NCBI GenBank assembly: GCA_963769885.1
Contig: CAVYNH010000006.1
Location: 480,001-544,000 of the forward strand
Direction: 5' to 3'
DNA: 64,000 nt
From: Methanobacteriota archaeon
GTDB lineage: Archaea > Thermoplasmatota > E2 > DHVEG-1
The notes under the pieces are model-generated. The model did no database searches. It was not told where the DNA came from and saw only the letters and a list, made by a program, of their open reading frames with translations. Shown here one piece after another: positions 58,589 to 64,000 of this stretch. The translations under genes and the position numbers were made by a program. Each line of letters starts with the position of its first letter. Within the stretch, counting starts at the first letter, position 1.

Positions 58589-59872
58589 ATGCCTCGGAGA
58601 CTGCGGACGGTCGACGTCTGTATCGTTATCGGGTTGCTGGTCGCTTCGGCCGGGTTTTTGTATAAGGCTGAGGTGTTATCGCCGTTGTTTCCTGTGTCTC
58701 ATCCTCCTGTTGTTCCTGTGAATAATCAGACGGTGGGTCCGTCCGTGTTGCCGCCGGTGTCGTTGGTTCCGTCGTCGCGGCGTGACGTGTCTGGGGAGGA
58801 TGAGGGGGTGCATTTCGATGGGTTGGCGGTGTCGCGGGAGTGGTGGTATTTTGCTGGGGTCTTCAACGGCTCGGGTTCTGCGTTGAAGAATTGGGGGGTT
58901 GGGGTGAGTTTTGCGCATCTGGCGCCGGGGGATTTGTTGGGGACGGCGAAGCCGGATTTACTGGTGATCAGTCTGTTGGATCCGAGCGGGGATCATGTGG
59001 GGGGGTTGGTGAATAAGCGGCATTATCTCGGCGTGTTGAAGAGCGGTACCCTGGTGGCGAGTTCGCCGGGGGTGAAGTTGAGTTATGAGTCGTCGTGGGT
59101 GGAGGGGACGGCGCCGTCGTGGCATGTGCATGCGGAGGACCCTGCCATTGATGGGGCGCATACGGTGGTTGTGGATCTGGATTTCCATGCGGTCAGTCTG
59201 CCGGTGTGGACGCTGGGGAGCCGGGCGTTTGCATTGTCGAATAGTTCGCTTGCGAGTTACGTGTTCCTTGGATGTGAGATTTCTGGGACGGTGACCATCG
59301 ATGGGGTTGAATCGGCGGTGTCTGGGGTGGGGACGTATGAGCATGCGTGGTCGCCGAAGATTGTGAGCCGCGCGGAGATCAACGGGTGGGATTGGTGCAG
59401 CCTAGTGTTGGAGAATGGCTGGACAGTGTACGTGTCTGATTTCTTGCCTGCACCGGCGGTCGTCACGCAGAAGACGCCGGCGTTGTCGCCGTTTGGGACC
59501 GTGATTGTGACGACGGATCGGGGAGAGACGTGCACAGAGCTGAAAAACGTGGGAATCAAGGTGACGGCGAGCGATGAGCGAGTGTTCCCGCTGGTGAAGA
59601 TGCCGTCGGCGTTCAATCTTGAGGCGTCGCCGAGCCTGAACCCAAGCTACCTGGTGAGCCAGTCGCTGCTGTTGGGGTCGAAGTTGTCGCTGTCTGCGGA
59701 TTGTTCGGTACTTAGTTCGGTGGATAAAATCTGGAAGTTCCCCACGTATGTTGGGATGCGGATCGGGTACGTGCAGGTGAGCGGGGAGCTGTCGTGGATT
59801 GATGCGGACGGGTCGCATTCAGTTCCGTTTTCCGGAGTCGGTGTCTCCTGGGACATGCGGGCGTTGCTGTAG
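58589..59872 (+). CDS. CrtC/AttH/tocopherol-cyclase-fold protein (copy B, N-terminal membrane anchor)
   Basis: DEGVH...REWWYF, ISGTVTIDG....VSG.G.YEHAW, GWDW. Confidence 0.7.
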   Translation: MPRRLRTVDVCIVIGLLVASAGFLYKAEVLSPLFPVSHPPVVPVNNQTVGPSVLPPVSLVPSSRRDVSGEDEGVHFDGLAVSREWWYFAGVFNGSGSALKNWGVGVSFAHLAPGDLLGTAKPDLLVISLLDPSGDHVGGLVNKRHYLGVLKSGTLVASSPGVKLSYESSWVEGTAPSWHVHAEDPAIDGAHTVVVDLDFHAVSLPVWTLGSRAFALSNSSLASYVFLGCEISGTVTIDGVESAVSGVGTYEHAWSPKIVSRAEINGWDWCSLVLENGWTVYVSDFLPAPAVVTQKTPALSPFGTVIVTTDRGETCTELKNVGIKVTASDERVFPLVKMPSAFNLEASPSLNPSYLVSQSLLLGSKLSLSADCSVLSSVDKIWKFPTYVGMRIGYVQVSGELSWIDADGSHSVPFSGVGVSWDMRALL

Positions 59873-59879
59873 ATTTAGC

Positions 59880-60053
59880 TTAAGTTTTTGTTAAGAAAAA
59901 AGAAGCCTTAGACACTACAGGCTTCAGAAGCGACAGTCACATATCCAGTCTCAGAAGATACTTTGATAGAAGAATACCTACTGTAATAGTTAGTGAGGCA
60001 AAGATGAGAACAACAGCCAGGATGTTTATTCCAATGATACTTCGCTTATCCAT
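59880..60053 (-). pseudogene. Truncated paralogue of 60070-60846
   Basis: MDKRSIIGINILAVVLIFASLTITVG / YSSIKVSSETGYVTVASEACSV* aligns to VVGYRSVKASQENDYFDVTVRACGI after a one-base shift. Confidence 0.65.
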
Positions 60054-60069
60054 ATCAATTCCCTGTATG

Positions 60070-60846
60070 TTAGTCTGGTGGATAGATTAGTTCTGTGGAA
60101 TAGCTCCATCCTAGACAAGTAACTTGTTCTTCCTTAAAGTCGATTGTAATTTGTAATCCAACAAATCCAAAGACTCCAAGATCACTAACATTCTCACACT
60201 GCTTTATCCCTAATAGTCCAATGGTAAATAGCTGAGCTTCATTAAATTCCAGAATGCACAATGCATTGAAAGGTTTGAAAACAGCCCATGCAAGGAGACA
60301 AATACTTAAAAATACAATAATACCAGAAAGATGATACCCAGCCCAACGATTGAGAAGAATTCCAGTCAAAGTCCAGATACTCATTTTATTTGAAATGATA
60401 CCATTGATATAGGTTAGACAATAAATGTTGGTGACATTATCTCTCGCACTCTTTTCCAGAAACCGATTCCATTTAGATGAAGAAGGTCGTTCAACTACAA
60501 GTTCCTGCGCCTTTTGAATACTCATTCTCTTTGGCAACAGTCCATATTCATTTAACTCAATCACAGCCTCTTGGAAGATGGGTATTGCTTTTTCTCGGGC
60601 GCTCGTTTGATTCAATCGAGTTCTAATACCGATGAGATAAGTTTCTAAATCCTTATATTGTTGTTTGGTTAAACGAACCGTGTTATTCCCAAATCCCTCA
60701 ATGCCGCAAGCTCTTACAGTTACATCAAAATAATCATTCTCTTGAGAAGCCTTAACAGAACGATATCCTACTACACTTGTCTGTGAGCCAAGGACGATGA
60801 GAACAATAGTTAGAAGACTTCCCCCGACGAGCACTACCTTCTTCAT
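60070..60846 (-). CDS. AT-rich hypothetical secreted/membrane protein
   Basis: Signal-like N-terminus; internal TM; GFVG.I motif. Confidence 0.75.
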   Translation of the reverse strand: MKKVVLVGGSLLTIVLIVLGSQTSVVGYRSVKASQENDYFDVTVRACGIEGFGNNTVRLTKQQYKDLETYLIGIRTRLNQTSAREKAIPIFQEAVIELNEYGLLPKRMSIQKAQELVVERPSSSKWNRFLEKSARDNVTNIYCLTYINGIISNKMSIWTLTGILLNRWAGYHLSGIIVFLSICLLAWAVFKPFNALCILEFNEAQLFTIGLLGIKQCENVSDLGVFGFVGLQITIDFKEEQVTCLGWSYSTELIYPPD

Positions 60847-60882
60847 GTTTTATCCTTCTCTAGCAAGTATACATTGACCTCC

Positions 60883-62351
60883 CTAAAGGAATTTCCAGAC
60901 GGAAATTTTATCGCTTGCCGTCTGTCCAAGAGTATTGTACCCGATTACGGAAATTGTATGTTGGATGAACGGTTCTATTCTCCATGTCCAGGTATAGGGT
61001 GGTGTGCGGCAGGTGTGTCTGAGCTTTCCGTCGATGTAAAAATCGACGTAATCGATAGTCGCGTTATCGATGGCCGTGACCCTGATTGTTATTTTGCCGA
61101 CGATCACGGTGGGTGCTGGGTTTGGTACGAGGTAATTCATGGGGAATAGTTCATGATTGCAGACGTAGAGATATCCAGCCTTTATGCTGGTGATATCGAC
61201 GTATAAGGGGAGGTTTCCGTGCGGCTTCATGAGCGGAAAACGGTCACGGTTTATTCCCCCTGAGATATTGTAGGGGGTGTCCCCGATGCCGTCGCCATTG
61301 GCATCGATCCCGGTGTAGTCGTCCCAATAGTTGCCGGTTGAGGTCCGTTATCCCATTGGTTTGACCAGTTGTCGTAGCCGTTTCGGCCATTGTTGAAGAA
61401 GTTATTTTGATAAATTATGATGCCACCGATATGGCTGTCAATGTGAACCCCACTTTCGAGGTTCCCGGCCAGGGTATTTCTTATCACGATATTATTGTTG
61501 AATGGCCCATCGACGTTATCAAAATGGATGCCGGCTCCTTTATTCTTCATGATGATGTTTTCAAGGATCGTATTGTTTTCTGAGTTTAGAACCCAGACCC
61601 CGTCAAAAGTTTTGCTGTAGAGGATGGTGTTGTTACAAACGAGGGTATGCTGCGCACACCATAGAAAAATCCCATCATTGTTTCCTTCGATTGTATTTCC
61701 AATTATAATATTTCTATCTGGTTGAGGCGTTGGTTGAAAAATGCTGATGCCAACATAGATACCATGGTTCGTATTATTCGTAATCGTATTTCCGATTACA
61801 CGGTTGTCAATCGATCCAGGACCAAGGACAATACCAATGAAAGCATTTTCTGAGGCTGTATTATATTCGATAGTATTGTTTGTTGAGTTCGAAAGGAGGA
61901 TACCAAAATTGTTCTTTCGAAAAATATTTCCGGAGACAATGCAGTTCGAATGGTTTGTAAGAACAACGCCATTTCCTTGGTTTGCTCCCCCTCCATTTTG
62001 TATGGTGAATCCAGTGATTTTGATATAATCTGATTGAACTGTTATGACATGACCATGCCCTTGTCCATCGATGATTGTTGCATTCTTGTTTTCACCGATT
62101 AGGTTAATAGCATGTGGGATAATCAATCGTTCATAGTAGGGTAACGTATGGGCGTAAACGAAAACGGTATCTCCTGCCGTCGAATTGTTGATAGCCGCCT
62201 GGATAGTTGAATAGTTCTCAGGTCCAGACCCTCCTACATAAAGAATATTCCCACTGGATGAAGGAAGAGCTGACTTCTCATTTGAGTGTGCTACGACAAT
62301 GATGCTTGAGCAAAGAAGCAGCAGGACTACCCAAACTACTAAATTCTTCAT
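60883..62351 (-). CDS. Secreted NosD/CASH right-handed beta-helix protein with C-terminal Ig domain, frameshifted near 61345
   Basis: LYVGGSGPENYSTIQAAI; adding one base restores GNYWDDYTG.D.NGDGIGDTPY and joins ORF 60883-61230. Confidence 0.85.
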
Positions 62352-62462
62352 TGCTTCCCCTCTATATAATTTAAAAAGAGGCTTTTAAAACCTTCTATAG
62401 CCTATATAAGAGCAAATGAAACCTTTATCCTCTTCTATAAAGAGGAATCAACTTTCGAATAG

Positions 62463-62855
62463 TTATTTTTTCGAATTGACCGTGACTGTTCCAGAGTCGG
62501 CGTCGAGGGTGACCTGGTCGCCATCCTTGATCTGGTCGATGTCGATCTTGTCAATGCAGGGGATGCCGGCGAGGATGACGCCGGTGGCGACGATGGTCTC
62601 GGTCTCCTTATTGATGATGCCTTTGGGGCCGACCTTGTTCTTCGCCAGGCCGTAGATGACGTAGGAGCCGACGGTGGAGCCCTTGCCGTTGGGGAAGACG
62701 AGAATCTTATCCTTGACGCTCTTGCCTTCGAGCGGGTGACCTTTTTCAATAACGAGGCCGGTCTTGATGTCGACCATGCCGTAGAAGCCGAGCGGTTCCT
62801 TAGAGACGAGGGCTGTGCCTGTTGCCTTTCCGGGGGAGATGATGCGTCCATTCAT
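62463..62855 (-). CDS. Aconitase X small (DUF126) subunit; phosphomevalonate dehydratase small subunit
   Basis: G.A.G.ALVS, GHPL.G.S, KGSTVGSY. Confidence 0.88.
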   Translation of the reverse strand: MNGRIISPGKATGTALVSKEPLGFYGMVDIKTGLVIEKGHPLEGKSVKDKILVFPNGKGSTVGSYVIYGLAKNKVGPKGIINKETETIVATGVILAGIPCIDKIDIDQIKDGDQVTLDADSGTVTVNSKK

Positions 62856-64000
62856 GCGATTGCCTCCACGAGCGCGTCAAGGTTCGCAAAACACACGCTC
62901 TGTTTGCAGAAGCTGGGGAGATAGTTTGCGGCTTTACCTGACGTTACTCCTGTGGTCTTATAGCCCATGTCTTCGATGGGGCTGACAACCATGCAGGTGT
63001 CGGCGACGATATGGCCGCCTGCTTTTTCGATGATCTGACTGTAGCCCATGCGGTCCGCGGCCTCCTTCATCATCCGGCTGGTGCAGACCCAGAGGGGCTT
63101 GCGCAGCTTCTTCCCCTTGACTTTGTCGGCGACCGAACTGATCTCCCGCAGCGAGGCGTGCGGGCAGCCGACGATGACGATGTCCGGTTCTTTGCCGGTG
63201 TTGAGCTTGGCGTAGGCGTCCTGGAGGTCTTTCTTGGCGATCGTGATGGTCTCGAGATTGTCTTTCTTGACGAGGTCTGCTTCGGGGGTGAGGCCTTCGA
63301 CGTGGTACAACGCGACGGCGCCGGAGGCGGCCATCGCTGCTCCGAGGGCCTTGAGCTGGTCGGTGTCCGCGTTCTTGATGCCGGTAAAATAGGGGATCTT
63401 GTTCTTGATCTGCTTTCCCAGGATGTAGCCTAAGGCGCCGAAATCAGAATCAAAAACTAAATCGGTTTCAACTTTGACTTTGATGCTCGGCTGGCGCTGC
63501 TCCCAGAGGTGGAAGCCGTAGTTGGGGGTCTTGCCGAAGATCGCGGCCGCAAGCGCGGAGGGCCCGCCTTCACGGTTGGTACGCGCGCCGATGACGCTGT
63601 TGGAAAACGAGATGGCGGAGGACTCGGACCAGGCGATGTGTTCCCTGAATCGTGGAAGGTTGCCGGCCAGATATGGGGTGCAGGTGGCGGTGATGACAAT
63701 ACCCATCTGTTTGAAGGCGTCCATGATGCGCATCTGGTTCTTCGCGAACTCCTTTTTAAAGCCGAGCTTCTGCCAGTCTTCCAGGTCCATGCCGGCGGGG
63801 TTGAGGAAGGTGAGGACTTTCACTTTGACACCTTGGCTGGCGATGTCTTCGAGGAACTCGGTGCCGGGTTCTTCGATGGATTTGTAGGAGACGCCGGCGA
63901 CCTGGACGGATCCGACGGGGATCATCTTGTCGGCGCCGTAGATCTCGCCGAGACGTACGAGGAGGCGGAACATGCGTTCCTGGACGGGGCCTTCCTCTCC
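62852..64000 (-). CDS. Aconitase X large (DUF521) subunit; phosphomevalonate dehydratase large subunit (5' truncated)
   Basis: GVSYK, CTPY, WSES.A...NSV.GARTNREGG, GCPH, DTCMVV, SGKA; frame open to window end. Confidence 0.9.
   Translation of the reverse strand, partial: GEEGPVQERMFRLLVRLGEIYGADKMIPVGSVQVAGVSYKSIEEPGTEFLEDIASQGVKVKVLTFLNPAGMDLEDWQKLGFKKEFAKNQMRIMDAFKQMGIVITATCTPYLAGNLPRFREHIAWSESSAISFSNSVIGARTNREGGPSALAAAIFGKTPNYGFHLWEQRQPSIKVKVETDLVFDSDFGALGYILGKQIKNKIPYFTGIKNADTDQLKALGAAMAASGAVALYHVEGLTPEADLVKKDNLETITIAKKDLQDAYAKLNTGKEPDIVIVGCPHASLREISSVADKVKGKKLRKPLWVCTSRMMKEAADRMGYSQIIEKAGGHIVADTCMVVSPIEDMGYKTTGVTSGKAANYLPSFCKQSVCFANLDALVEAIA

Overview
Archaeal chromosomal segment, most consistent with Thermoplasmatota (DHVEG-1/MBG-D-like; inferred from L41e, an intron-containing tRNA-Trp, AcnX subunits and many secreted PKD/Ig/C1A proteins). 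It holds about 60 CDS, 4 tRNAs, a truncated IS5-family element and an IS256-type MITE; no CRISPR, rRNA or prophage was seen. Blocks: acyl-CoA/SAM housekeeping (1-6.6 kb), cell-surface/secreted proteins (6.9-18.3 kb), nucleotide-sugar/glycosylation (19.7-29 kb), mixed membrane/RNA housekeeping (29-42 kb), and an isoprenoid/lipid-flavoured block (43-64 kb). Best candidates for undescribed biology: (i) a doubled set of nicotianamine-synthase-like, UbiA and CrtC/tocopherol-cyclase-fold genes with a B12 radical SAM, next to an ATP-citrate-lyase-like operon and mevalonate genes; (ii) a conserved ~90-aa C-terminal domain on unrelated secreted proteins that appears to be exchanged as a DNA cassette; (iii) an archaeal thioester-domain adhesin on an 11-repeat stalk; (iv) kilobase-scale patches of extreme C/A versus G/T strand skew that ignore gene direction. 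Several genes are split by single-base indels in short runs, probably sequencing error. All family assignments are from motif recognition, not database searches.
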